64,000 bases of DNA from NCBI GenBank assembly GCA_039818205.1, contig JBCBUK010000019.1, positions 1 through 64,000 on the forward strand, given 5' to 3'. The notes under the pieces are model-generated. The model was not told the origin of the DNA. It saw nothing but the letters and a program-made list of their open reading frames with translations, and ran no database searches. This document shows, one piece after another, positions 1 through 10,307 of this stretch. How positions within the stretch are numbered: position 1 is the stretch's first letter; the number at the start of each line of letters is the position of its first letter. The position numbers and the translations under genes were made by a program. Origin of the DNA: Verrucomicrobiota bacterium. Its GTDB lineage: Bacteria > Verrucomicrobiota > Verrucomicrobiia > Opitutales > Cerasicoccaceae.

Positions 1-568
1 TGGCTGACGGTTCAGAAAAACCTGGTTTGAAGCGCGATCGTGTAGGTCGTCGTATTGAGAGCAATGCCGAGCATTTGCGTTTGATCGACTAGGCTCTGTT
101 GGGCCTACGGCCTCTCTGGGCCGGAAGGTGAAGCGAAGGGGGCAGGCTTTTCATGTTGATCTTTATGAGAAAACCTCCGACTCACCGCGCAGGAGTGGCT
201 GTTGCCGTTGATCGAGTTGCCCAAACTGGACACTGCCATGATCTTCTTTACGCAGCAGTTTAACGGGTTTCAGAATTGGCGAATACCGAGAACCTAGTTA
301 TCGGATTCCTGATCGCGTTGCTTGGTTAGTTTTGGGGGGTGTATTCTACGCGAACGAACGCTGAGCTATTACAGCTATTCGCAAATCAATCTCCTTTTTT
401 AACTGAGAGGTGTTCGCCGATACGGGATCGCTAGACCTATTTATTTCTCATCTCGGTGAGCTGGGATTTGAAGCGCGGTGGTATCGAATGCATTTGGGCA
501 TCGCTGAACGGGAATTGCAGTGATTTAGTTGATCGTTGTATGCACGGTTTCGGTTGAGCCCAATAAGT

Positions 569-1768
569 CTAAGATGACCAGAACGCAGACTGCTCAGCAG
601 GTGGTTTCGGGTGAATATAATATCGTGCGATCGTCGATTCTTGGGTTCCCATTTGATCCTTGAGCTGCGTCTTGCTGAAATTAAATACCGCATTTGAGGC
701 ATAGGTGTGCCGAAGGATATCTGCCTGCCATTTGATGCCTGCGCTCCTCAGGATAGCGGTGTGTTCCCGTCGAAGGCTCCTCTCAAGTGAAGTGTCGCCC
801 CAAAGGTTGAAGCCGCCAATGGGCCAGTCATCCTCGATCCATTGTCTGAGCTTTTGCTCCAGTATGGGAAAGATTCGAACGTATCTCTCAGTTCGATTCA
901 CTTTCTGCCGAATCACTTTGATGCATCGAAATTCAGGCTCGGTATCAAGTGAAATGCTATCCCAACTGATGTGCGGCCATTCGGATTGAGGTCGCAATCC
1001 AGCCCACCCGCCGATGGCGTAGTAGGGGACCAGGAATTTCGCTAGCTCAGATTTTTCGGCTAGTTCAATTAGCTTGAAAAATTCGTCATTCGATAGCGAG
1101 CGAGGAGGGGGCGTATCTTTTCTTGGCTTCGCAATTTGTTTTACCGGGTTGCGGTCCAGGTATTCGTTGGTGGTTAACCATTCACAGAAGCCGTGCCAGG
1201 CAATCCAATCGTTGTGCAACGAAGTTCCCGATACATCGGTTCGGGTTAGCCATTTGCCAAGCCCTTCTGCTAAGTCCGATGAGTAGTTCAATTTATTGGC
1301 TCTCATGCCTTGTTTGAGTCGATTCCTGGTGCGCGTAACGTGGGGGCCGTCTGCATCACGCTTCGTAGCCAGGTAGCCTTCGATCGCCTTTTCTAATGGA
1401 AGGGCCTTATTACTGGAGTCTCGGTCTTTCCGGTATTTCTTCGCGGCGTAGTAGACCTGCTGAGCGTCCCCAAGTTCATTCATCGCTTCCTCGAGCCATT
1501 CGATATCTTTCTGTTTGATCCATGTTCGGATGGATCGCTTTGGCTTGGTTGCTCGGGCCAATAGCTCAGCTTCTTGAATGAATGCAATCGCGACCTCCTC
1601 GGTCTTGAAATTTTTTCTGACCCTTCCGGACTCCGGCAGTCGCAGTTTTAACTTCTCCGCGATCCTTTGGCTGCGGATATATCCACTGACTCGAAATGCT
1701 TTTGTTCCCGTTTTAGGGTGCGTCCACGGCAGGGTGGATAATTCAACGTCTTTAACGGTATTCAACAC
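569..1768 (-). CDS. Tyrosine recombinase / phage-type integrase
   Basis: Motifs GLRPQSE, ILRHTYAS and the RYY catalytic Tyr region, plus the NPVKQIAKPR SAM-like linker. It lies next to a tRNA 3' end. The start is uncertain: the ORF runs to 1813, but that extension overlaps att-like repeats. Confidence 0.9.
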   Translation of the reverse strand: MLNTVKDVELSTLPWTHPKTGTKAFRVSGYIRSQRIAEKLKLRLPESGRVRKNFKTEEVAIAFIQEAELLARATKPKRSIRTWIKQKDIEWLEEAMNELGDAQQVYYAAKKYRKDRDSSNKALPLEKAIEGYLATKRDADGPHVTRTRNRLKQGMRANKLNYSSDLAEGLGKWLTRTDVSGTSLHNDWIAWHGFCEWLTTNEYLDRNPVKQIAKPRKDTPPPRSLSNDEFFKLIELAEKSELAKFLVPYYAIGGWAGLRPQSEWPHISWDSISLDTEPEFRCIKVIRQKVNRTERYVRIFPILEQKLRQWIEDDWPIGGFNLWGDTSLERSLRREHTAILRSAGIKWQADILRHTYASNAVFNFSKTQLKDQMGTQESTIARYYIHPKPPAEQSAFWSS

Positions 1769-1773
1769 GCTGA

Positions 1774-1806
1774 AAAAGTTGCCAGAAAAGTTGCCAATTT
1801 GGCAAC
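1774..1806. repeat. Putative integrase arm-type binding sites
   Basis: Direct repeat AAAAGTTGCCA at 1774-1784 and 1786-1796, plus inverted TGGCAAC at 1800-1806, between the integrase and the tRNA. Confidence 0.65.
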
Positions 1807-1910
1807 ATCGCAAAAAACTAAATCGAACCGTTTGAAACTTGAGGAAAACCTGTTTGCCTCTCTGGGCTTTGTGTTTATGCGGGTTTCAGCGTCTTTTCCG
1901 CTTGTTTGTT

Positions 1911-1987
<77 letters not shown>

Positions 1988-2098
1988 AAAACAATTATCT
2001 CACTTTGATGAGATAAGTGGAGAAAAGATCAAAAAGTCACTCACGACACAAGTTCGAAAGTGACTAGCTTTAGGAGAACTCACGGTAGTCTACAGGAA

Positions 2099-3148
2099 CT
2101 ACGCGTAGGTGGTCGATTTCTGTGCCGCTTCGTAGAGACCTTGGAGGTAAGACGCACCCAATGCACGGTCAAACAATCCGTATCCTGGTCGTCCGATTTC
2201 ACCCCAGATCATGCGACCGTGGTCTGGTCGAATTGGTCCATTGTAACCCAATTTAACAAGATTTCGCATGACGGCATACATGTCGATGCTGCCGAGGGCG
2301 GAAATGTGAGGGGCTTCGTGAAAGGTTTTTGGACCGGTTACGGCGACATTGCGCATATGCACGAAATTGATCCGATGCCCGAGCTTGCGGATTATTTGAG
2401 GCAAATCGTTGCTCAGAGAAGCGCCTAGTGAACCCGTGCAAAGAGTCAGGCCATTGGACGGGCTATCAACGATGTTGACGAGTCGGTCCAAAGCATCTTC
2501 GTCGACGATGATACGTGGCAGCCCAAGAATAGACCATGGCGGATCGTCCGGGTGGATGCCCATCTTTACGCCGGCTCCTTCGGCAACGGGAATCACTCGT
2601 TGGAGGAAATACTCGAGGTTTTCCCACATCGCGTCGGTCCCCAGGGCGCCAAAGGCATCCATCAGGTATTGGAAACGTTCGGGGGTGTAAACCTCGGCCC
2701 AGCCCGGGAGTGAAGCGACAACATCTTTGGAGGTGGAAATTGCTTGTAGCTCCTCATAGTTGAAGCTCAGGGCATGAGATCCGTCGGCGTAGGGATGGCT
2801 GAGGTTGGTCCGAGTCCAGTCGAACACGGGCATAAAGTTGTAGCAAAGCGTACGAATGCCAGCTCGGCCGAGGTTCTCAATGCTCTTGCAGTAGTTCTCG
2901 ATATAGCCGTCGCGCGTATCAAGTCCTAGTTTGATGTCCTCGTGCACCGGTATACTTTCAACGACATCGAAGGCCAAGCCTTCGGCGTTGATTTGTTTCT
3001 TCAGGGCTAGAATATCCTCAAGCTCCCAAACTTCTCCCACCGGCACATCGTGGAGGGCACTAACGATTCCCGTAACCCCGGCGACTTGCCGGATACGACT
3101 TAAAACGACCGGATCATCCGGACCGAACCAACGCATTGTCATTTTCAT
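2099..3148 (-). CDS. uxuA: Mannonate dehydratase
   Basis: Motifs MRWFGPDDPV, VESIPVHEDIK, CYNFMPVFDWTRT, HPDDPP and RPDHG. Confidence 0.96.
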   Translation of the reverse strand: MKMTMRWFGPDDPVVLSRIRQVAGVTGIVSALHDVPVGEVWELEDILALKKQINAEGLAFDVVESIPVHEDIKLGLDTRDGYIENYCKSIENLGRAGIRTLCYNFMPVFDWTRTNLSHPYADGSHALSFNYEELQAISTSKDVVASLPGWAEVYTPERFQYLMDAFGALGTDAMWENLEYFLQRVIPVAEGAGVKMGIHPDDPPWSILGLPRIIVDEDALDRLVNIVDSPSNGLTLCTGSLGASLSNDLPQIIRKLGHRINFVHMRNVAVTGPKTFHEAPHISALGSIDMYAVMRNLVKLGYNGPIRPDHGRMIWGEIGRPGYGLFDRALGASYLQGLYEAAQKSTTYA

Positions 3149-3298
3149 AGGCGAAACTCTCAGTTCAAATGGTCTAGATGGTATGCCGTTGGTCGTCTAG
3201 GTGAAAGTAGGGCTGCGGCAATTAATATTAGCGCCGGAATCGCCGGTGATTACTGCCCGGGGCGCCGTCGGCTGGGGAAAGGAGTCGAGCGCCAAGCG

Positions 3299-4375
3299 CT
3301 ACGAAGCTGGAGTTTCCGCATTTGCACACTCTCGCAAATGTGCTTCGGCTACCGTTCGCAACTCGTCGACGTGTTTGATTGAGTCGATTCGCGGACGCAG
3401 TTTGCGGCCTCGCGGCATGTCCTTGGTCAGCGCTTTGACTTTTGCCCGGAGCCAGCCAACATCGTCGCGCGCTTTGTCGGAGTAGGGGCCATCATAGAGT
3501 AGTTCAACAAAGCGGTGAATCGTATCCCAACGCGTCTGGGCTGAGGGTGCTTCTGGAATCTCGCCCGTCGTTAGAAAGTGTTTTATCTCGGCGAATAGCC
3601 AGGGGTAGCCTAAGGCTGCGCGTCCAATCATGACTCCACTGACGGGTGAGTTTTCGCGCAAAGCGGCGACATCGGCGCAAGTTTGTATACCGCCGTTGCC
3701 AACGACAGGAATATCGAGGGCGGCGGCAACTTCGTTAATCAAAGTCCAATCGGCATCGCCACGATAGCCTTGCTCTTTGGTCCGTCCATGAATTGCGAGC
3801 AGCCGAGCCCCCACATCTTGGACTCGCTGACCAACCTCCAGGGCAACGATCTGATCATGGTCCCAGCCCGCGCGAATCTTGACTGTCACCGGTATTTCGG
3901 GAACGGCCTTCACGCAGGCTTCCACAATTTTTGCCAAGTGCGGCGGGTCTTTGAGCAAAGAGGAACCGGCGTGGATATCGGTTACTCGGCTGGCAGGGCA
4001 GCCACAGTTGATGTCAATGAAGTCGGGCCGCACGCGGTCGGCGACGGCCTTGGCGGCGGCAGCCATACGCTCGGGCTGTGAGCCAAAAACCTGGACCCCC
4101 ATGGGCCGCTGTTCTTCGGTAAAGTCAACGTTACGCCAAGCCTTCTCACTGCGCAGAAGGCTCTCGGCCATGACAAACTCGGTCGTCATCACGTCAGCGC
4201 CTTGTTCCTTGCAAAGCTGTCGGAAGGCGCTGTCGGTAAAGCGCGCCATCGGCGCCAGGAAGAGTGGCATCGTTCCCGCCCGAATCCAGTCCATCGGCTC
4301 TTGCTCGGATTCAGGAGTCAATGCCATGACGCTTTCGAGATACGACTGATCATGGGCACTATCAGGTGCCTGCAT
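3299..4375 (-). CDS. dusB: tRNA-dihydrouridine synthase
   Basis: Motifs LAPMA, IDINCGCP, AIHGRT, GNGGI and VMIGRAALGYPW. The true start may be downstream. Confidence 0.9.
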   Translation of the reverse strand: MQAPDSAHDQSYLESVMALTPESEQEPMDWIRAGTMPLFLAPMARFTDSAFRQLCKEQGADVMTTEFVMAESLLRSEKAWRNVDFTEEQRPMGVQVFGSQPERMAAAAKAVADRVRPDFIDINCGCPASRVTDIHAGSSLLKDPPHLAKIVEACVKAVPEIPVTVKIRAGWDHDQIVALEVGQRVQDVGARLLAIHGRTKEQGYRGDADWTLINEVAAALDIPVVGNGGIQTCADVAALRENSPVSGVMIGRAALGYPWLFAEIKHFLTTGEIPEAPSAQTRWDTIHRFVELLYDGPYSDKARDDVGWLRAKVKALTKDMPRGRKLRPRIDSIKHVDELRTVAEAHLRECANAETPAS

Positions 4376-4382
4376 CGACAGC

Positions 4383-5363
4383 CTAGCAAACTAGGTCTTT
4401 GAAGTCCGAGAAGTCCGCATCGAAACCGCCAGGGCGACCCTTGTTGATCACGGCAACCGCGTCATGCGAGTGCAGTGATTCCAAGTGTGCACAGGCGATT
4501 TGGAAATCGCGGATGCGGTGGTCAGAATCAAATTGTTCGTAGAGCAGGCGGGCTGCGTCTTCAACGAATTTTACGTAGGCACCATTGAGTTCCGCAAATG
4601 CCTGCTCGTCTTCCCGTTTGACCATGACTTGTGTCTCGGTCTTCAGTGCGTTCAGGCAGTGCTGCTGAATTTCTTCAAGCGTGACATACTCGCCCTTGCG
4701 CACCTCAATGGACACTCGCGCCTTGCTTCGCTGGGAATGCGGGATGCCGTAGATGTTGCGGGCGTCTCGTGCATGCTCGGAAAGCTCGGAAGAGCAGGGG
4801 CATGCCGAGGAGTAAACGAAATCGAAGTGGATAACCTTGCGGAAGCGATTCAGGTCATCAATGAAACCTTCAAACGCGACCTCATAATACTGCCATCCCT
4901 CGAGGCTACTGCGTAGGCTGGGCTTCAATATTGGATAACTGAAGCTTAGCTTTAGCCGGGCACGACTGCTGCCAATTTCCTGCTTGTAGCGCAAAAGAAT
5001 CTCTTCGAGGACCTCAAGATCAAATACCCGTTCCTTGAAATCGTAGAAGACCCGCATTATGCGGCTCATGTTAATGCCTTTGGAGTCTGCTCCAAGCGAG
5101 ACCGTTCCAGTGACCGATGTTTCCAGAGAAATCTGCCGTTGATCACCGGTCAGGTAGGTCAGGGGAAGGCGAAAGTTTGAGATGCCCACCTGCATGATTG
5201 GGACATTGGCGCCATGGATATTCGCGCTGTCCGCATTTTGCATGTCGGGTAGTGACTCACGATAGGCATCGGTCACTTCAAAATTCGGGTCATAGTATAC
5301 CTTGGGCTTCGCGGCTTGTGGCGCGGCCTTCTGCGGGTCCATGCTAGGTGCTTGATCACTCAT
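4383..5363 (-). CDS. folE2: GTP cyclohydrolase IB
   Basis: Motifs KGINMSR, SACPCS, PHSQRS, FVEDAAR and ESLHSHDA. Confidence 0.95.
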   Translation of the reverse strand: MSDQAPSMDPQKAAPQAAKPKVYYDPNFEVTDAYRESLPDMQNADSANIHGANVPIMQVGISNFRLPLTYLTGDQRQISLETSVTGTVSLGADSKGINMSRIMRVFYDFKERVFDLEVLEEILLRYKQEIGSSRARLKLSFSYPILKPSLRSSLEGWQYYEVAFEGFIDDLNRFRKVIHFDFVYSSACPCSSELSEHARDARNIYGIPHSQRSKARVSIEVRKGEYVTLEEIQQHCLNALKTETQVMVKREDEQAFAELNGAYVKFVEDAARLLYEQFDSDHRIRDFQIACAHLESLHSHDAVAVINKGRPGGFDADFSDFKDLVC

Positions 5364-5514
5364 TACTTTATTTTGACGAACCTTTCATCATAGCAGAAAT
5401 AATGGATCCTGCAACCCGCGAATTCTGGTGCTTGGCGGGTGCGCGTGGTGCGAATTGGCAACCGTCTCGATCCGTTTCGGGTGAGATCGATCGGCTAACT
5501 GTTTTCGCAGCAAC

Positions 5515-6108
5515 TTACTGAACGGAGATCAAATCGACACGGCGATCGTAGCGGGAGGATTCACTTCCCTTGGTTGCTGACTGATCGGCCTCAATTTCTC
5601 CGAGTGAGAGCACCTCAATGCGGTTTCCGTCGATGCCAAGCTGCTCCATGTAGGTTTTCACACTGTTCGCGCGGCGGTCACTCAAGCCATTGTTGTATTC
5701 CGAGGTGCCAACAGAGTCCGTGTGGCCTTCCGCAATAATGCTCGTTCCCGGATTGTTGCGCAAGTATTCGGCCGCGGAATCCAACTTCCCGCGCTCAGAG
5801 GCGGGAACACTCGATTCGTCGAAACCGAAGTAAATGGAGTCGAGCACGTTCTGTGAACCGCCCATGCCATCGCCATTGAAAGAATTGAAGCTCGGGTCGC
5901 GATCCTTTAAGCCGTCACCTTCGAATGCTAGCGTACCGTTGTTACCAACGGAATCTTCCGGATTAATGAAAATTCCATCACCGCCACCAGGACGCTGCGG
6001 ATTACCGAGAACGGTATCGCCGGGTTTAGGGCCGTCTGAATCAGCACAGCCAGATATAAACAAAACGATCGAAAGAGATGCGAGGACGATGTTGAAAACC
6101 CGAAACAT
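5515..6108 (-). CDS. pal: OmpA/Pal-family peptidoglycan-associated lipoprotein
   Basis: Lipobox ISGC; motifs IYFGFD, EGHTD..G..EYNNGLSDRRA and DRRVD. Confidence 0.85.
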   Translation of the reverse strand: MFRVFNIVLASLSIVLFISGCADSDGPKPGDTVLGNPQRPGGGDGIFINPEDSVGNNGTLAFEGDGLKDRDPSFNSFNGDGMGGSQNVLDSIYFGFDESSVPASERGKLDSAAEYLRNNPGTSIIAEGHTDSVGTSEYNNGLSDRRANSVKTYMEQLGIDGNRIEVLSLGEIEADQSATKGSESSRYDRRVDLISVQ

Positions 6109-6153
6109 GCAACAATAATGTTGCGTAGCTTTTTTAAGGCGCAAGCCATTTCC

Positions 6154-7011
6154 ATGTCCTCAACAAAAAAAGACACCTCATATTCAACGACTTTCCTCGT
6201 TGATAACGGCTCGTTGCGAGCGGACTCCACGCTGGCTTTGCGGCGGGTTGCCAAAAGCTTGGGCGCACGGCTCGAATCAGAGATCGTCCCAGTCTCCTTG
6301 CTGCACTCCAGTAAGGTCCCGCCGGAGAAGCTCGGAGGCACGCCGGCCGAGACCTTCATCCCGGCGGTTAAGCGACGCCTCCACGCGGGCGCGATGGCGT
6401 TTCGCGTGCTTCCGTTTTTCTTTGGGCCGAGCCGAGCCTTCACGGAGTACATGCCCGAGCGTATCGATGCATTGAAAGCGCAGAATCCCGATTGGGCTTC
6501 GCTCGATATCCCGATCGCGGATCCACTGTGCGATATAGCGCAGCAACCGGAAGATGATCGAATCGCTCGCGCGTTGGTGGAGCGGGTCGATATGACGATT
6601 GCGCGCCATGGGTTGAATCGTCCGTCGGTCGTCATGGTCGATCACGGTAGTCCGGCGCCAGAAGTTTCAAAGGTCCGCAACCATGTTGGTGGTCAGTTGG
6701 AACGTCTGTTGGGCGAACGCTGTCGCGAATTTTCGGTCGCCTCGATGGAACGCCGCGAGGGAAGTGAATACGATTTCAACGAACCCCTGTTGGAAACCGT
6801 CCTGCGCCAGGATGGGTTTTCTGGAGGACCAGTGGTGGTTGCGCTGCTGTTCCTGAGCGCTGGGCGTCATGCGGGCGACAATGGAGATATCGCCGAGATT
6901 TGCGCGGACGCCGAAAAAGACTATCCGCAGCTAAAGACCTTCCGCACCGAGCCACTAGGAGAACATCCGTTGATCACGGACATCTTGGTGGATCGGTTCG
7001 TACAAAAATAG
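6154..7011 (+). CDS. CbiX/SirB-like chelatase family protein (two domains)
   Basis: Motifs LVDNGS, LPFFFGPS, MVDHGSP, FLSAGRHA and EPLGEHP. Confidence 0.8.
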   Translation: MSSTKKDTSYSTTFLVDNGSLRADSTLALRRVAKSLGARLESEIVPVSLLHSSKVPPEKLGGTPAETFIPAVKRRLHAGAMAFRVLPFFFGPSRAFTEYMPERIDALKAQNPDWASLDIPIADPLCDIAQQPEDDRIARALVERVDMTIARHGLNRPSVVMVDHGSPAPEVSKVRNHVGGQLERLLGERCREFSVASMERREGSEYDFNEPLLETVLRQDGFSGGPVVVALLFLSAGRHAGDNGDIAEICADAEKDYPQLKTFRTEPLGEHPLITDILVDRFVQK

Positions 7012-7039
7012 ATCCCGGCTTTTCGTAAAAGGCGGGATC
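7011..7039. terminator. Hairpin between convergent genes, probable bidirectional terminator
   Basis: Inverted repeat GATCCCG-G-CTTTT / AAAAG-G-CGGGATC. Confidence 0.55.
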
Positions 7040-7063
7040 CGTTCGAATCGTGGCTTGTTCGCG

Positions 7064-7726
7064 TTAGCCCTGCGGCACGCGAACCATGCCTTCGACCAAA
7101 CCATTTTGGATGGCGAAGCGGGTCAAGCTGGCAACGTCGTGCAGGTCGAGCTTCTTCATCAAGTTCGTGCGATGGTTTTCCGCCGTCTTGACACTGATGC
7201 TCAATTTTTGAGCAACTTCCTTGGTGCTGTAGGATTCGGCGATGAGTTGCAAAATTTCTCGCTCACGAGCCGTGAGGACCTCGACACCCTTGCGTGCATT
7301 GGCACTTGGGTTGAGGACCGCTTCGCGGAGCATCTGGGCAACCTCAGGGCCAAAGTAGCTGCCGCCGTTGGCGACAATGTCGATGCCCTTGCGCAGTTCA
7401 GAAAGTGGAGCGGACTTTTCCACGAAACCATGCGCGCCTGCTTGCAGCAGTTCGCGAACGAGAGAGGGGTTCTGGTAGCCAGAGAACACGAGGACGCGTG
7501 TATTGCGCAGGTGCTTGGCAATGCGACGAAGCACTTCGGCGCCATTGAGACCAGGGAGCATGATGTCCAAAACGATGAAGTCTGGCTTCTGGTCCATGCA
7601 AATTGATAGGGCCTCTTGTCCTTCTCCGGATTCGGCGATCACCTCAAAGCCTGGAGTCGATCTGACGATATCCGCGATCATCTCGCGCACAGCAGTTTGG
7701 TCTTCAATGATTGCTACAGTCTTCAT
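7064..7726 (-). CDS. NarL/LuxR-family response regulator
   Basis: REC domain (IIED, LDIMLP) followed by the Lux[13 protein letters not shown]...SVKTAENHR. Confidence 0.95.
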   Translation of the reverse strand: MKTVAIIEDQTAVREMIADIVRSTPGFEVIAESGEGQEALSICMDQKPDFIVLDIMLPGLNGAEVLRRIAKHLRNTRVLVFSGYQNPSLVRELLQAGAHGFVEKSAPLSELRKGIDIVANGGSYFGPEVAQMLREAVLNPSANARKGVEVLTAREREILQLIAESYSTKEVAQKLSISVKTAENHRTNLMKKLDLHDVASLTRFAIQNGLVEGMVRVPQG

Positions 7727-7974
7727 GCCGTTGCGTTCGTTGCTCTCTCTGATTAGTGGTTCAGTCGTGTTGGCAACTAGGGTAGCTGCCAAAAAGTCTC
7801 AGTCTCAATATATATAAGATCAGAGACCTAGATGAAAAGGTAAAACCGTTAAATTTCGGCGAAAATCGCCTCATTAGGCAAAAAATTAACGGAATTATTG
7901 ATTTAACAAGACCCTATGGCCCTTGTTCGTGCATTAATTTTACAACTGAACGATCGGGAAATTCATACGATTCG

Positions 7975-8865
7975 CTATTGATGGGCGGCCAACTCTTCTT
8001 CGTCGAGCCAGATCACCGTGCCATCGTCGTGCGCAACGGTCACGGCCTCATCGCCGTATCGAACCGGTGGGTTCGGGGTCTTGAGGTGGCGGGCAGCGGC
8101 CTTTTCGTGCAATCGGATGCAAAACTCACCGTAATCCAACACCTCCCAGTTGCCATCCTTGTCCTCAACCAAAGCAGTCAGGGATTCGACCCAGTCACCG
8201 GAGTTCAAATAGTGGGTATCGCCAACCATCTTGTCTTCAGGCGTGTGAATGTGGCCGCAAATGATCCCCACACATCCGCGCTTGGAGGCGAGTGCCTGAA
8301 GGTGGTCTTCAAAGTCGCTGATGTGGTTTACGGCTTGCTTGACCTTTGCCTTGATGGCCTTGCTGAGCGAAAAATAATCCTTGCCGCGCAGCTTGCGCCA
8401 GTGGTTGTAGAAGCGGTTGATCCGCAGAAGTTGTTGGTAGCCAATGTCACCCAGTATGGACACAAACTTGGAATGAGTGGTGACGGCGTCAAAGCAGTCG
8501 CCGTGGACCACCAGGTAGTCTCCCTTTTTGCCGTGGTGGACGTATTCATCGACGATCTTGAGCCGGTCGAACACGAGCGGCAGATACCCGGAGAGGAAAT
8601 CGTCGTGATTGCCACGCAGATAAATCACGTCGGTGTTTTGTTTTTCCGCAATTTTCAAAACGCGGCGGATGAACCAGGTGTGGCTTTGTTTCCAGTGTAA
8701 TTTGCGCTTAAGGCTCCAGCCGTCGATGATGTCACCGTTCAGGATCAATTTGTCGCAGCGGGTGTGCTTGAGGAAGAAATTTACCTCTTCTGCTTTACAG
8801 TCTGCCGTGCCCAAATGCACGTCGGAGAGGACGATGGTCTTATATTTGAGAACTGGTTTTTTCAT
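7975..8865 (-). CDS. PlcP/LpxH2-like metallophosphoesterase (usually annotated UDP-2,3-diacylglucosamine diphosphatase)
   Basis: Motifs SDVHLG, NGDIIDGW, GNHDD, HGD, CGHIH and YLNSGDWVES. Confidence 0.88.
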   Translation of the reverse strand: MKKPVLKYKTIVLSDVHLGTADCKAEEVNFFLKHTRCDKLILNGDIIDGWSLKRKLHWKQSHTWFIRRVLKIAEKQNTDVIYLRGNHDDFLSGYLPLVFDRLKIVDEYVHHGKKGDYLVVHGDCFDAVTTHSKFVSILGDIGYQQLLRINRFYNHWRKLRGKDYFSLSKAIKAKVKQAVNHISDFEDHLQALASKRGCVGIICGHIHTPEDKMVGDTHYLNSGDWVESLTALVEDKDGNWEVLDYGEFCIRLHEKAAARHLKTPNPPVRYGDEAVTVAHDDGTVIWLDEEELAAHQ

Positions 8866-8895
8866 CTGCCGTCAGGAAGAGTGTATGGGCCTCAA

Positions 8896-8965
8896 TGTTA
8901 ATAAGTGTGAATAAGCCGGTCAAAAACCAAATAGTGAATAACTTGTGAGTTTACGTTAGCGTGAC
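8896..8965 (-). promoter_or_regulatory. Pho-box-like direct repeats upstream of the plcP-like gene
   Basis: On the minus strand: GTCAC-N6-GTAAA and CTCAC-N6-TTCAC (11-bp period), and TTCACA-N4-TTAACA. Confidence 0.4.
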
Positions 8966-9079
8966 CTCAGCGCCTTTTTCTTGGCACATTGCTCGGGGTT
9001 TTGTTACAGCTTTTTGCGGAATCGGCTGCGAATGTGCGACGTGAATAACCGTTTTCAGCGGTTTTTTACCGGGGAAAAC

Positions 9080-10243
9080 TTATTCCCTTTCCACTTTTTC
9101 ACTGGGAACAGCCTCGCTCAGACCCGCGAGCCCTGCCACATCCGACGCGTATTCACGGATGATCGAGTCCCAGGATAGTGACTCTGCTTTCGACCGCGCG
9201 GCCGATTTAATGTCGGGCCAACGGGCTGATTCCGCCGTGATCCGATCAACGGACTCCAGGAATGCCTTCTCATCTTTGAACGGTGCCTTGAAGCCATTCG
9301 TGCCGTCGACTACGTGATGTTGCGCGGCAGCGTAGTCATAGCCGAGCACGACTAGTTCGCTGGCCATTGCTTCGGTTAGAACGTTGCCAAAGGTCTCGGT
9401 TGTGCTGCCGAACAAAAAGAAATCCGCCGAGGCGTAGTGGGCGGCCAATTCTTCGCCACGGCGCATTCCAGCAAAGATGATCTCTGGATACTTCTTTTCG
9501 AGCTGGTTGCGCTCGGGGCCATCCCCAACCACGACAAGCTTGGCCTCGGGCAGGTGCCCCTTGAGCCGCTCGAACGCCATAATGGTTAACGGGATGTTCT
9601 TTTCCGCGGCGACGCGCCCGACGTACACGACAACGGGGTCACCGTTCTTCGCACCCCAGCTTTCACGCAATTCCTGGCTGCGACGGTGTGGTCCAAAGAG
9701 TTGCGTATCCACGCCACGGCTAAAGATTTTGAGGTTCTTGAAGCCATAGCTGTCCAGATCGCGAATGACATCTTGCGAGGGCACAAAGGTTGCCAGGGTC
9801 CGATTGTGGAACCACCGGAAATAGGCCATCAATGGCTTGGCCAGAAACGAGTAGTGGTAGTGGTCGCCGTAGGTGTGAAAATTGGTGTGGAAGCTGGTGA
9901 CAATCGGAATGCCGAGCTTTTTCGCAACATTCAGCGCGGAGAAGCCGAGGGGGCCTTCCGTTGCAATGTGAACGACATCTGGCCGTTTTTCGGTCCAGAG
10001 CTGCTTCAGCTTGCTCCCGGCGAACCAGCCGAACTGCAAATCCGCGTAGCCGGGTAACGGAATGCTTCCAACCCAGTGGACCGGATAGGGCTCGCTGGGC
10101 GACTCTCCATCTGCCTTTTGTTTAGGGCGGACGAGTTCGACCTCGTGTCCTTGGTTGATAAGATTCCGCACCAGGCGTTCAAGGGTCATTGCGACGCCAT
10201 TGACTTCTGGTGGGTAGGTTTCTGTGACAAGGACCAATTTCAT
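9080..10243 (-). CDS. GT4 glycosyltransferase (Agt / glycolipid synthase-like)
   Basis: Motifs MKLVLVTETYPPEVNGV, HIATEGPLG, YVGRVAAEKN and ETFGNVLTEAMA. Confidence 0.92.
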   Translation of the reverse strand: MKLVLVTETYPPEVNGVAMTLERLVRNLINQGHEVELVRPKQKADGESPSEPYPVHWVGSIPLPGYADLQFGWFAGSKLKQLWTEKRPDVVHIATEGPLGFSALNVAKKLGIPIVTSFHTNFHTYGDHYHYSFLAKPLMAYFRWFHNRTLATFVPSQDVIRDLDSYGFKNLKIFSRGVDTQLFGPHRRSQELRESWGAKNGDPVVVYVGRVAAEKNIPLTIMAFERLKGHLPEAKLVVVGDGPERNQLEKKYPEIIFAGMRRGEELAAHYASADFFLFGSTTETFGNVLTEAMASELVVLGYDYAAAQHHVVDGTNGFKAPFKDEKAFLESVDRITAESARWPDIKSAARSKAESLSWDSIIREYASDVAGLAGLSEAVPSEKVERE

Positions 10244-10307
10244 CGTTTCGCGCTGCAAAAAGGCGTTGCTAGGCCAGTGATGTGCGTTTGTCATGCCTTT
10301 AGGACTG

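Larger units (their letters stand above)
1..1910. mobile_element. Right end of an integrative element inserted at the tRNA-Ile2 3' end; continues left of the window
   Basis: Integrase and arm repeats lie immediately downstream of the tRNA CCA end. Confidence 0.7.

Noticed and set aside
1..568. Short ORFs in the island segment (3-92 on +, 448-702 on -)
   Set aside because: Too short or overlapping the integrase, with no recognisable product.
8906..8914. DnaA-box match TGTGAATAA
   Set aside because: It is isolated and part of the local direct-repeat set, not an origin.
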